Below are positions 1 to 12,493 of a stretch of DNA of 64,000 bases, one piece after another. Every line of letters begins with the position of its first letter. Positions within the stretch are counted from its first letter, which is position 1. Origin of the DNA: Octopus vulgaris. Taxonomy: Eukaryota. The stretch is taken from NCBI GenBank assembly GCA_951406725.2, contig OX597817.1, forward strand, positions 142,414,001 through 142,478,000, written 5' to 3'. Both the position numbers and the translations under genes were made by a program. A model generated the notes under the pieces. That model saw only the letters and a program-made list of their open reading frames with translations, made no database searches and was not told where the DNA came from.

Positions 1-212
1 ACAGACAGCAGCATCCGCTGTTGAGAAACCATTCGATTATTGGCAGTCAGCCACCTTACTGCCGTCACGGTCAGACGCGCAAGGAATTACACAAACATAA
101 AATATGATAGATTTTTCTTTACGAAAAAGACATTTCATCTGTCTTCATCTCAACATTTTTTCCGGACATTGTCTCTGGGTTGGAATAATTCTTGCCAGCT
201 ATAATAATTTCC

Positions 213-259
<47 letters not shown>

Positions 260-551
260 TCTTTCAGGAAGATTCACCTCATTTAATTATAAAGTATTTC
301 GCTCTTTTCTCCTCAGCACAAATTCAGCACATAAAATCTCTACGTTTACATTTATTTGGAAACGAAAAATATCCGCTTACACTGTTGATCGCCGATCTTG
401 ATCATCCCGCTGAGGACTAAATCTGGAGAAACCAGGTTCAAAATAAAATATTAACTATATATAACCTATTTAACCTACTGAGAAAGATCATTAGTGTATA
501 TCGCTTTTTAATTCGACAAGTGTTGAGATCCAAAGCATTAAATATACTACA

Positions 552-925
552 GCACTCTGTCGGTTACGACGACGTGGGTTCCAGTTGATCCGATCAATGG
601 AACAGCCTGCTCGTGAAATTAGCGAGCAAGTGGTTGAGCATTCCACAGACACGTGTACCCTTAACGTAGTTCTCGGGGAGATTCAGCATGACAGTGTGTG
701 ACAAAGCTGACCCTTTGAAATACATGTGCAACAGAAACAGGAAGAAAGAGTGAGAGAAATTCGTGGTGAAAGAGTTAGAGCAGTGTTCGTCACCACTCCC
801 TGCCGGAGCCTCGTGGAGCTTTAGGTGTTTTTGCTTAATAAACACTCACAATGCCCGGTCTTGGAATCGAAACCGCGATCCTATGACCGCAAGTCCGCTA
901 CCCTTAACAATTGGCCATTGCGCCT
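552..925 (-). mobile_element. tRNA-derived SINE, family B (full length)
   Basis: Minus strand starts AGGCGCAATGGCCAATTGTTAAGGGTAGCGGACTTGCGGTCATAGGATCGCGGTTTCGATTCC (box A/B-like). Body and tail (...GAGAACTACGTTAAGGGTACACGTGTCTGTGG...GATCGGATCAACTGGAACC) are shared with copies at 10220, 43636 and 47760. Confidence 0.9.
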
Positions 926-1904
926 ACACATCAAATATACACAAGAATGATACAGTAAACATCAGCTGTATGAGACAGGAAAAACAACCAGCATTGCAAA
1001 TACATTATGTCCCACAAATCTTCGGACCTCTTTCTTTAGTAGCATAGCATGAACGACGCCTAACACTTAGCGTCAACAGAGGAAGAACTGACATTCTTTC
1101 AGGGTGAGAGGACGATTCCATGATGATGTCTACGTTCTTGAACTTAATTGTATGAGCGGTTACACACTTTCTTTTCACATTTCTTTAAATCTTCTTACCA
1201 GCGCCAAACCCTGTTTGATTTCACTGGGCAGTGTTTTTGGACAGGTTCTTTTTCCTCTTTCCATCATTTTCTTACCCCTCTACATTGCATTCTTTATCGT
1301 TTCCAATAAATTCCTTTCGTTTTCATATTTCTTTTCTTTTTTTATGCACACCTACCTGCATAAACTTTCACATGCATACATGAGACAGCAGCTGAGTTTT
1401 TTTTGCCGGGTAGCTTACACCATAACATTACGTCATGCACGTAGTGACACATTTACGAATTTCACAATCTAACCATGTTCTTCACTTCGCATTTCTACAG
1501 AACAACTCCTGTCAGCAAAGTTCCCACCGCCTATATTTCCTGTTAATTTCACATGCAACCGGCATCCATCACATTTCACAATTATTGCGTTCACTCAGGG
1601 CAACTTCGATGCATTTTGTGAATTTAGTTCATCTTGATTTCTGCACAACCAAACGGAACTGGATTTGCCGAATGGCTTGCACCTGTATTTGGTTTTACAT
1701 GCATTTCTCAATTCCCTATGGTTAATTTTTTCATGGTTTTTATTCACTATTTTCACCAACTTACCAATTATTACTCAATTATATTTTTATCTAACATTTC
1801 AATTGGGTTTCCGCTACACTTTCTTTTTATTTTTTTCGCATGGATGCTTTTTTTTTTTTCTTGAGACATATCTATTTCTTCACTTACTCCTTGACCCAAA
1901 CTAC

Positions 1905-2116
1905 ATTACTAGACCACGTACAAAGATACCTTGATGAATTCTTTGCCATGAAACCACCTCAATTCTCGGAAGAGGGTATTTTCAAGTTAAAGGAAAGATG
2001 GAGACGCATTGTGCAACAAAATGGTTCATATTTGGTTGATTAAAAATGTAATGGCAAGTATTTATTGACATTCTTCTTTCCTTTAAAAATCGGCACAAAC
2101 TTTCCGGACAACCCAA
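1905..2116 (+). mobile_element. mariner transposon 3' remnant (transposase C-terminus + right TIR)
   Basis: The frame ending at 2043 reads YLDEFFAMKPPQFSEEGIFKLKERWRRIVQQNGSYLVD*, a typical mariner transposase C-terminus. It is followed by AATCGGCACAAACTTTCCGGACAACCCAA (mariner-type TIR) and TA at 2117-2118. Confidence 0.85.
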
Positions 2117-2667
2117 TAAAATGTAAATACAATTGTTACGATTGAAGTTGCCAGCTTCATGAGTTAAGATATAACACAGGATGTAGGAACTCAACATTTA
2201 CGTCTGTGTTAGGTACTTACAACAAGATGTTTGTGAAAATTGGTCGAAAACCAAACACTATTGACCATTAGTCGACAAAGCATCTATTGTCCGTAGAATT
2301 CACCATAGAGAATGACGAATCGCTGTGGAATGGAATTAAAGTATATTAGCAAATCGACTCAACGAGAAGAATAGCTAAAGTGTGGTAGCAAAAGTTTGAG
2401 TATTTCTAATGAAGAGGAAACTAATAAAAAGACAAAGGAGACAAAACAACATGGTTCACCGCCATAAAGGGTTTTTCTCTCTTGTAAATTCAAAGGCCAA
2501 TGCAAACATGGCAATCTAAATAACTGCATGTCAATTGGAACACAGAAAAACAATTAGTCAAAACAATGTAACAAAACATTGGATGGGAAAGAGTGAAGAG
2601 TGGAACAACGAAAACAGGAGCAAGGAAAATGAGGATAACAAGAATAATATTAATAAAAACAACAACA

Positions 2668-2673
2668 ATAATG

Positions 2674-2760
<87 letters not shown>
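2668..2760. repeat. (AAT)n microsatellite
   Basis: Direct reading; source of the poly-N/I/Y ORFs. Confidence 0.95.
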
Positions 2761-2874
2761 GTGGTGATGATTACGATAATGACAATAATGAAAAGAAAAG
2801 CACAATACAGTCGAAGAATTCAATGTGCAAAGAGAATGTGTAACAACGCTTCTATATCTTGTGTATCGAGTGCG

Positions 2875-2921
<47 letters not shown>

Positions 2922-3494
2922 GTGTGTGTGTATATATTTGTACTTGGCTGCATACATGTAACAATGCATTCATATACACATTTACATACACACACACAAA
3001 TATATATGTTTACATACAACTGTTAGGGCTGTTAAATGATATATATGCAATATTTAATAATAAAAGTTCTCAATAGCCTTAATAGAACCCAAATGTTACT
3101 ATATGTACGTGTGTGTGTATGTGTGTGTGTGTGTGTATAGGTGTGAGTGATTGTGTGTTTTTAATTTTGTCTTCGGATGTTTATTCAAGAACATACACGC
3201 ACAAACACACATGTATGTATGTACATGTATATATGTGTGTGTATGAGTGTATGTGACTGCGTTTTGTGGGGGTGCGGACGAATGCAGTGATTTGGCAGAA
3301 TAAGTCTTTGAAGTGTCGAGTAAAATCTCTTGCTCTGAGTTCTAATCCGGCTGAGGTCACATTTGAGATACCCCACCACCACCACCAGTAAATTAAGTAC
3401 ATTACATTATGCTAATCGTTTCCGGTGGATTTGATCTCAAGTGTCATTATTCTGATGTGCTTTTATATTCACTTATTTTATTTTTCAGTTGTAA

Positions 3495-3530
3495 CTCTCT
3501 GATGAAGAGTTCTTATCCGAAGCGTAAGCA
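3495..3530 (+). ncRNA. degenerate Penelope-type minimal hammerhead motif
   Basis: CU-CUGAUGA-A-GAGUUCUUAUCC-GAAG-CG-UA-AG. CUGAUGA is intact, GAAA is mutated to GAAG, and the stems are weak. Confidence 0.4.
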
Positions 3531-3746
3531 AATTTCATTTTCATTAAGAGTGGAAATAACAATTATAAATTACACCGTTATATTATGTGTTGTTTATTTT
3601 AAAATCTGCCTTTTCTAAGAATTTATCTTTCTGGCTATACATGCGTGCGTTCCCGCCAATGTATATTAATCTGTATGTATATATGTTTGTACGTATATGT
3701 ATAAACAGACAGCCGGACAGACAAGTAGGCAGGCAGACAGACAGGC

Positions 3747-3818
<72 letters not shown>

Positions 3819-4085
3819 TCACAGACAGACAGACAGACAGACTGGCAGACAGACAGATTTCATTTACCATATGCGTGCGCATACCAGTGTGTATGATTTT
3901 CATGTACGCTTGTGCTTAATGAGTATATGTTTGTGCGCCTGGGTCTGTGTGTGGGCGTGCGATTGAATATGCGTGAGCATGCGAGTGAGCATGCCTGTGA
4001 CTAAGTGGAGGTATTTGTGTGAGGATATGTATGAACAATATTACAATATTTACACTATTTCCATCCACTAGTTGATAAGATACCA

Positions 4086-4089
<4 letters not shown>

Positions 4090-4173
<84 letters not shown>

Positions 4174-4183
4174 CATGCATATA

Positions 4184-4240
<57 letters not shown>

Positions 4241-4381
4241 GAGCAGATAGACAGCCGACAACTGATAAAGGATCGTTCTTTGTATTACTTGTCCTGTTTT
4301 CCATTTGTTTCTCTCGTTGTTTGCGTATTTCATGCTGTTTACTGTTGGTGACGTCCTGTACCCATATATGTATGTATATAT

Positions 4382-4413
<32 letters not shown>

Positions 4414-4518
4414 TGTGTGTACCCATATATGTATGTATATATATATACATATATATATATACATATATTTATATCCATATATATATGCATATATATGCAT
4501 ATATATACATATATTATT

Positions 4519-4563
<45 letters not shown>

Positions 4564-4568
4564 TATTG

Positions 4569-4612
<44 letters not shown>

Positions 4613-4856
4613 TTGAGACACCGACTATTTCAAATACTGGAAAAGCATTATTTCAAAAGATAAACAAATATGGAAGTAGTTATATTAATACGGAGAACAA
4701 CATACAAAATAAAACCGAAATTAAATGGAGAAGAAAGAAATTTGATATAAACAAGATGAGTAAACAATATGGATCAACCAATAAATTTTATCAAACAGAA
4801 GCATACGAGGAGAAGAATGAAATATGAAAATACGACATGATCTTTCTGTAGAAAGC

Positions 4857-4932
<76 letters not shown>

Positions 4933-5128
4933 AATTATGGTTTAAAACTTGTAAAGAACTATCTGATTCACTAAAGTACATAGCAATGATTAGCTGAAGC
5001 TGGTTGGATAACAGCGCGCGTGTGTATGTCTGTGTGTATGTGTGTTTAAAGGGGTGGATGTATGAGTATGTATGTGTGAATGTGTGTTTCTTTAATTCTA
5101 TGCGTGTATGAATGTAAGTATGCGTGCT

Positions 5129-5166
<38 letters not shown>

Positions 5167-5176
5167 ATATAATATA

Positions 5177-5221
<45 letters not shown>

Positions 5222-5451
5222 ATATATATATACACACATATATATATAAACATATATATATATATATATATATATACATATTTGTATATAATTGTATTAT
5301 ATCTATATATATTACGTATATGTGTGTGTGTTTGTGTGTGCGTATGTGTGTGTATGTGTATATATAAAACTATATAGATAGATCGATGCAAATGTATAAA
5401 TATGCATATGTTTACACATACATATTTGATTGTATACACACACACACACAT

Positions 5452-5531
<80 letters not shown>

Positions 5532-5585
5532 GCGCGCATATATGTATATGCTTGAGTGACTGCGTGTATGTATGTGTGTGTGTAT
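4090..5585. repeat. compound (TA)n/(CA)n/(GA)n microsatellite field
   Basis: Direct reading, including (GA)n at ~4861-4928. Confidence 0.9.
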
Positions 5586-5928
5586 GTCGTAGATTATCGT
5601 ATCATCTCCTATCATATACCACATATCTGTGTATTATATTTGTACACGTTTGTAGCAGTATGTGTGGATGTAGGGTACAGACAAACAGGTCAAATACTAA
5701 ATAACAGAATATGTATTTGTTATACAGTTCTCCACCATTACACTATTACAGCGATGACGTCGCTCTACGACCTCCTCGTCTCTCGTTGATTTATGAACCA
5801 TCAAAATCTTCTGTGAACAATGGCCTCTATTACCAACGTTCTTGTCTACTCGCTGTTGATATGGCACCAATCGCAATATTTCACGACAGTCTTTGAAAAT
5901 GTTTCTCTTTTTCTTTCCTTGCTTATAT

Positions 5929-6113
5929 CTCTTTTACGCTTTTACTTGTTTCAGTCTTTTGGCTGTGGCCATGCTGGAGCACCGCTTTTAGTCGAGCATC
6001 GACCCCAGGACTTGTTCTTTGTAAACCTAGTACTTATTCTATCGTTCTCTTTTGCCGAACCGCTACCTTACAGCGATGTTGGGGACAAACACAGACACAC
6101 AAACACAGACACA

Positions 6114-6150
<37 letters not shown>

Positions 6151-6347
6151 ACACAAACACACACATATATGTATACATATATACGACGGGCTTCTTTCAG
6201 TTTCCGTCTACTAAATCCACTCACAAGGCTTTGGTCGGCTTAAGGCCATAGTAGAAGAAACTTGACCAAGGTGCCACGCAGTGGGATTGAACCCGGAACC
6301 ATGTGGTTCGTAAGCAAGCTACTTACCACACAGCCACTCCTGCGCCT
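5929..6347 (-). mobile_element. tRNA/CORE-like SINE with internal microsatellite, family A
   Basis: Minus strand: GGCGCAGGAGTGGCTGTGTGGTAAGTAGCTTGCTTACG...GGTTCCGGGTTCAATCCCACTGCGTGGCACCTTGG..., then internal (TA)(TG)n, then tail GGTGCTCCAGCATGGCCAC...GACTGAAACAAGTAAAAG. Many copies in the window. Confidence 0.92.
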
Positions 6348-6455
6348 TTAATATTTAATATTTCAATATCAAAGTCTTTAGTTTCGAATGATTCGACTTT
6401 ATTTTTCGTCCTTCAATTTTTCGATTAACAATTTCAATGTTTATACATTGAATAT

Positions 6456-6873
6456 AGGCGTGGCTATGTGGTAAGAATCTTGCTACCAAACCATATGGTT
6501 CAGGGTTCAGTCCCACTGCCTGGCACCTTGCACAAGTGCCTTCTACCAAAGCCTTGTGAGTGGATTTGGTAGACGGAGTGGATTTGATAGTGGATTTTGG
6601 TAGACGGAGATTGAAAGAAACTCATCGTATATGCATACATATATGTATATGTGTGTGTAGGGATGTGTGTGTGTGTATTTGTGTCTGTGTTTGTCATCCG
6701 CTCAACACCCCTTGACAACCGATGCTAGTGTGTTTACGTCCCTGTAACTTATTCGGCAAAAGAGAACGATAGAATAAATAGTAGGCTTACAAAGAATGTC
6801 CTGGGGACGATTTGTCCGACTGAAGGCGGTGCTCCAGCATGGCCGCAGTCAAATGACTGAAACTAGTAAAAGA
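6456..6873 (+). mobile_element. SINE family A
   Basis: Same head, internal TG tract and tail as 5929-6347, in the opposite orientation. Confidence 0.9.
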
Positions 6874-6998
6874 ATTTTTAAAATATATATATGTATAAAA
6901 TGAAAGTTTTGGTTGTTGTTACTTATTTATCCTACCCGCGAGTATCCCTGGTATACGAACTATTTAATAAAAGGGTACTTATGTTGAACTGTAAACGC

Positions 6999-7103
6999 CA
7001 TGAGGCGCGGCTTATTGTTCTCAAGAACCCGGTCCGTTAGAATTAGGAAATCCCACAGGATTTTGCTTGTCCCCGGCTCAGCCACTCTCAGTGATTTGTG
7101 CTC
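6999..7103 (-). mobile_element. R4/Dong-like non-LTR retrotransposon fragment (region entering the restriction-like endonuclease)
   Basis: Minus-strand translation EHKSLRVAEPGTSKILWDFLILTDRVLENNKPRLM resembles the EH-P--V-E----KILWDF-IQTD-----N-PDI motif of R4/Dong ORFs. Confidence 0.65.
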
Positions 7104-7651
7104 TTACGACGCCATGTCGTTCTTGTAGTTGTAGTTGTAGCCCTAATTGAAGCATTCCAGACGCGGCCGTCTCGCCTTTTAGTAAGACATGATATATACA
7201 GCTGCATTCTCATAGAATCGATTCGTCTTAAACGCGTCCTGCATCCACTCACCCCACGCCTCTCTCTTCCCCCATCTCCTCTGCATTACAGTCACGTGTT
7301 AATTAATATACGCCAAACTGATCAACCGGCCACGAAATCCACTCAAAATCATATTATGCACCACTTGAGCCTCTTCAGAAAAACACTTTCTCCAATTTAC
7401 TGTTCTTTACATTACAATAAATCTGCTTCTAGAAGTTACATTATATTTAGACTTGAAAGTCTATTAACCGACGTCAGATCTACTTTCATATGGTGATAAT
7501 GATGATGATGATGATGATGATGATGATTGGTATATTGATTTATTGAACCAGTTCATGATACACTTGATTGAAGTGATTAATTACTGACAGAGCTGGAGGC
7601 AATGTTTAATCCGCGAGGGAGAGAGAGAGACAGTCACGATAGATTGATATT

Positions 7652-8320
7652 TGTTTCTTTATTGCCCACGGGGGAGGGGATAAATATAGAGAGGACAAAC
7701 AAGGACAGGCAAAGGGATTGAGTCGATTACATCGACTCCAGTCCGTAACTGGTACTTATTTAATCGACCCCACACCCCCCAAAAAAGGATGAAAAGCAAA
7801 GTCGACCTCGGCGGAATTTGAACTCAGAAAATAAAGACAGACGGAATGCCACTGAGTATTTTGTCCAGCGTGCTACCGATTCTGCCAGCACGGCGCGCTT
7901 AGCCGCAATAGACTGATACTCTTTTCTACTCAAGGCACAAGGCCGAAATATTGGGGGAGAGGGCCAGTCGATTAGATCGACTCCAGTACGCAACTGGTAC
8001 TTAATTTATCGACATCGAAAGGATGAAATGCAAAGTCGACCTCGGCGGAATTTGAACTCAGAACGTAAAGACAAACGAAATACCTATTTCTTTACTACCC
8101 TCAATGGCCTAAACACACAGAGAAAAAACAAGGACAGACAACTGGATTAAGTCGATTACATCGACCCCAGTGCTTAACTGGTACTTAATTAATCGACCCC
8201 GAAAGGATGAAAGGCAAAGTCGACCTCGGCGGAATTTGAACTCAGAACGTAGCGGCAGACGAAATACCGCTAAGCATTTCGCTCGGCGTGCTAACGATTC
8301 TGCCAGCTCGCCGCCCTCAT
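7652..8320 (-). mobile_element. three tandem SINE family C units within one 18-bp TSD
   Basis: Three copies of GAGTTCAAATTCCGCCGAGGTCGACTTTGCCTTTCATCCTTTCGGGGTCGAT..AAGTACCAG (Meta-domain-like). Flanks TCACGATAGATTGATATT at 7634-7651 and 8321-8338. Confidence 0.88.
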
Positions 8321-8440
8321 TCACGATAGATTGATATTACGCCAGCGTAACCAACAGTCTCATGTAAATAGAGCTTAGGTCAGTATTTACCAACCATTTT
8401 TTACTTATGCAACCCTTTGTTTCCTAATCTACACTGTGGA

Positions 8441-8635
8441 AAGGCGGCGAGCCGGCCGATGCTTAGTGGTATTTCGCCTGTTTTTTACGTTCTGAGTTCA
8501 AATTCTACCGAGGTCAACTTTGCCTTTCATCCTTTCGGGGTCGATAAATTAAGTACCAGCTGCGTACTGGGGTCGACCTAATTGAGTGGCCCCTTGCCCC
8601 TAAATTTCGGGCCTTGTACCTAGAGTAGAAAATAT
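8441..8635 (+). mobile_element. SINE family C
   Basis: AAGGCGGCGAGCCGGC...GAGTTCAAATTCTACCGAGGTCAACTTTGCCTTTCATCCTTTCGGGGTCGATAAATTAAGTACCAG, flanked by CTACACTGTGGA / CTACTCTGTGGA (imperfect TSD). Confidence 0.85.
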
Positions 8636-9112
8636 TCTACTCTGTGGACATCCATAGCCATTTCAAGTATATTTTAAACAATCTTACGGAATTTTTATAC
8701 AGTTGTATCTCGAGATGGTCATTTCATCTTTTTCTTTTTATTGTTTATTTTTGCCAAATAAACACACGCATTATATATTCGTTCTTCACTTCGGATTTAC
8801 TATTGTCCTCGTTTTAGTCCAATGGACTAAACAGAACACAAGAAGACACTTGGTGTGTAGAGTCGATGAAGAGATCACAGGATGTGTGACGAAAGATTCC
8901 ACACAAAGGACACTAAAAGAACAATAATAAACAATTGAAGAACGAATACATAGTGCTTGTATTTATTTGGCAAAAGAAAAAAAAAGAGAAAAATGACCAT
9001 GCCTGAATATGACAATAATTGTTTCAACAAACGATTTCACATCAAGAATCTTGTAATGCAAATACATAAACGTGTATATATATATGTGTGTGTGCGTGTG
9101 TGTGTGTGCATG

Positions 9113-9143
<31 letters not shown>

Positions 9144-9148
9144 GCCTG

Positions 9149-9179
<31 letters not shown>

Positions 9180-9290
9180 AGTAACAGAAAAGAGGACTTT
9201 CGATTATCCCCACGTGGTGAGTTGTAATGTATATAAGAAATTATAAAAGGAAAATACGCACACTTACATAGTTTTAATATAATTTTTAAT

Positions 9291-9325
9291 ATATCGACTG
9301 GTTTCGCTTTCGCTATTCATGATAT
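9291..9325 (-). ncRNA. degenerate Penelope-type minimal hammerhead motif
   Basis: Minus strand AUAUC-AUGAAUA-GC-GAAA-GC-GAAA-CCAG-UC-GAUAU. Stem I AUAUC/GAUAU, GAAA and the GUC triplet are present; the CUGANGA core is mutated. Confidence 0.45.
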
Positions 9326-9729
9326 TATGTGTTACTTATTTGAATATATATTTTTTCTTAAGAAGAAATTTGGTCCATGTTGTGTGTGATGAAATTCATG
9401 AGTGAATGACTTCATAAGTAGATAAATAAAGGGAGGTAATTGGTTGTCGTTATTCTTATTGTTGTAGGTAAGGGAGAAAACTGTTGAGTTCGGTAATGGT
9501 GGGGATTATATATGTGTACAGAACAGAGACAGGTTTCAAAAACCTTGTTTAGTAGGGGATTTATGTACAGTGAAGTAATCGTGAATTGAAATATGTAAAA
9601 GACGTGTTTTGTATTTTTCAATGAAAAAAGTTTTTTTATTTAAACATTCTAGTTGAGAGATTGCGTCTATGCAAAAATGTGCAGGTAACATCAAACCAAA
9701 TTTCACAGTCTTCCCTACCTACCCTTTCT

Positions 9730-9853
9730 ACCCACATGGCTCCGGGTTCAGCCCCACTGCATGGTACCTTGGGCAAGTGTCTTCTTCTATAGTCTCAGGT
9801 CGACCAAAGCCTTGTGAGTGGATTTGGTAGATGGAGACTGGAAGAAACCGATC

Positions 9854-9919
<66 letters not shown>

Positions 9920-10139
9920 GTATATATGTGTGTTTATGTATTTGAGTGTCTGTGTTTGTCCCTACCACCATCGCTTGACAACCGATGTTGGTGTGTTTAC
10001 GTCCCTGTAACTTAGCGGTTCAGCAAAACAGGCCGATAGAACAAGTACTGGGCTTACAAAGAATAAGTCCTGGGGTCGATTTGTTGGATTAAAGGCGATG
10101 CTCCAGCAGGGCCACAGCCAAATAACTGAAAAGAAAAAA
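9730..10139 (+). mobile_element. SINE family A (5'-truncated)
   Basis: GGGTTCAGCCCCACTGCATGGTACCTTGGGCAAGTGTCTT...(TA)n...GCTCCAGCAGGGCCACAGCCAAATAACTGAAA. Confidence 0.88.
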
Positions 10140-10219
10140 TATGTATAAAAAACTCTGAAAATTGTTGGCGTTTTAACAAAATTTGGATCCAGCGTAATAT
10201 TACACCATTATCGTCTCAG

Positions 10220-10716
10220 GTGAAGGAGCAATGGCCCAGTGGATAGAGCAGCGGATCAGGGTCGTAGGATCGCGGTTTCGATTCCCAGACCGGTCATTGT
10301 GAATGCTTATTGAGCGAAAACACCTAAAGCTCTTAGAGGCTCCGGCAAAGTGTGGTGGTGAACTATGCTGTATTCTTTCACCATAACATTCTCTCACTCT
10401 TTCTTCCTGTTTCAAAGGGCCAGCCTTGTTACACTGTGTGTCACGCTGAATCTCCCCGAGAACTACGTTAAGGGTACACGCGTCTGTGGAGTGTTCAGTC
10501 ACGTGCACGTTAATAAAGGAGCTGCAACGTCACTGGTGTCAAAGTGTATCGGTCTTTGCCTTTCCCTTGGGTAACACAGGTGGCGTGGAGAAGGAAGGCT
10601 GGTATGCGTGGGCGACTGCTGGTCTTCCATAAACAACCTTGCCCGGACTTGTGCCTCGGAGGGTAACTTTCTAGGTGCAATCCCATGGTCATTCATGTCC
10701 GAAGGGAGTCACAAGA
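10220..10716 (+). mobile_element. chimeric SINE: family B head/body plus a different 3' tail, 10-bp TSD
   Basis: B sequence runs to ~10514, then an unrelated tail (GGAGCTGCAACGTCACTGGTG...GGTCATTCATGTCCGAAGGG). ATCGTCTCAG occurs at 10210-10219 and 10717-10726. Confidence 0.82.
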
Positions 10717-10914
10717 ATCGTCTCAGACATTATGTTAGAAATGTTTTTTCTGATAGTAGTCTAGGTGGTGGTGGTGGACTTGGGTGGGGGTCGATCGTGA
10801 GAAGACAGAATTATGATAAAATGCGTTCCATAATAATGACCATCCCCATCTATTTGATTTCAGATTGCATATTCCAACATGCACTTCCTCTTTTATTAAG
10901 GATCGGCATGTATA

Positions 10915-12160
10915 TGGTGTCGGTGGTTGTGGTGGTGCGATGGTGCGATGGTGACGGTAGTGCAAGCAATCATGGTGAAAGAGATGGTGGTGGTGAAGCT
11001 GATGATGGTGGGGATTGTAGTGGTGGTGGTGTGGGAGGCAAAGGTGGTGGAAGTGGTTGTGATTTTAGTGGCTGTGATTGTTTTAGGAACGAGTCGTACA
11101 GGTGGTGGGGTGGGCGGTTGTATGGTGGCGGTGATGATGGTGGATGTGGTGGCTGTGATGGTGGTGGTGGTGGTGGCGGCGGCGGTGGGTAGGGGTGGAG
11201 ACGGTGGTGATGGTGGGGGGGAGATAGCAGCTGCGGTGGTGGAGGTGGTGGTAGTGGTTATGATGGTGGAGATGGTGGTGGTGGTGAGTTCATCAAGTAA
11301 TGTGTAGCAGCAGTACCACCACAACCATGACCACCACCACTAACCCCACCAACCACCACCGCCGCCAGAAAGGGGTGAAAGGGCTGTTAATGTTTGCCGT
11401 GTCCCTAATAATGGGGCTGCTGTAAGGGAGGTGTGGTCGATATTAATGGTGGATGGTGTTGATTTTGGTGGATGAGGTGATAATGGTTGGCGTGGAGGAG
11501 GAGGAGGGGGAAGGAGAGGATTTATAAATGGGGGGGTTGTGTGGGTGTTTGTATTGTTATTTGGTAATGGTGGTGTTGGTTGTGTTGGAGGTGGTTAGTG
11601 GACGGGGAAGGGGTGATGAGGTAGCCTGCTTCAATGATGATGGCCATGGCAGGAGTGGTGATTTCAATTCTGATTTTCGTAATAAACTCGGTTGTGGTGG
11701 TGGTGGTGTTGGTGGTGGTGGCGGTGGTGGTGGTGGTGGTGGCGGCGGCGGTGGTGGTGGTGGTGGTGGCAGTGACGGCGGCGGTGGTGGTGGTGGTGGT
11801 GATGGTGGGGATGGTGGTGGTGGTGGTTATAGTGGACGAGGACGACGCGGTGAGACAACCTGCATCAGCGATGATGGCCATGGCAGGAGTGGTGATTATA
11901 TTTATGATTTTCAAAATACTCCTGGTGGTGGTGGTGCTGGTGAGCGTGTCGGCACCAGTGTTGGCGGCGGCGGCGGTGGTGGCGGCGTTTTCTACGTGCT
12001 GATGGTGGCGGTCGCGGCGGCAACGGTAGCGATAATAGTGGTGGTGGCGGCGGCTGTGGCGTTTGTAGTGGTGGTAGCAGCAGCGGTAGCAGCGGCGGCG
12101 GCAGGGGAGGCGGCAGCGGCGGCGGCAGCGGCGGTGGTGGAGGTGGCAGAGTTGGCGGTG
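10915..12160. repeat. degenerate (GGT/GGC)n low-complexity tract with an internal ~65-bp direct duplication
   Basis: GATGATGGCCATGGCAGGAGTGGTGAT...GATTTTC occurs at ~11635 and ~11870. Confidence 0.85.
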
Positions 12161-12366
12161 AGGATATATATTGTAATACATTCTATAATGATGACCTAAT
12201 CACCGCTAATCACTAATGATCAGAATGGAAGACATAATTTCAACAACAACAAAACAAAACAAAAACGAAAAAAAATTATCCAAAGTAGCACAAAAAAAAG
12301 TAATAAAATAAATAAATAAATAAATAAATAATACAGAACTTACGAAAAAAAAAATCCGATTGTTAA

Positions 12367-12493
12367 TTTAATGTAAATGGAGCGGGGGTAATGAAGATGG
12401 GGGGGGGGGATATTTCCTTCTAGAATGGTAAACATGCAGAATTATATTGCAGGTAAAAATGGGTTAATTAGGGGACGCTAAAGTCAAAACGGA
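12367..12493 (+). repeat. left arm of a ~125-bp inverted repeat pair
   Basis: Reverse complement of 18385-18503 (TTTAATGTAAATGGAGCGGG...TTAATTAGGGGACGCTAAAGTCAAA). Confidence 0.85.

Noticed and set aside
1080-1900. ORFs 1104-1472 and 1435-1725
   Set aside because: T-rich with non-ATG or weak starts and no recognisable domain; possibly decayed TE sequence but unassignable.
5726-5896. Possible exon (SPPLHYYSDDVALRPPRLSL...)
   Set aside because: An acceptor-like TATACAG is present, but there is no recognisable protein, no clear donor, and an equally long antisense frame.
7098-7496. 132-aa ORF with a signal-peptide-like start
   Set aside because: GTG start; the hydrophobic run comes from (GTTGTA)n and the region overlaps an antisense LINE remnant.
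11522-12199. Thr-rich mucin-like and Gly-rich ORFs
   Set aside because: Low-complexity trinucleotide tract open on both strands.
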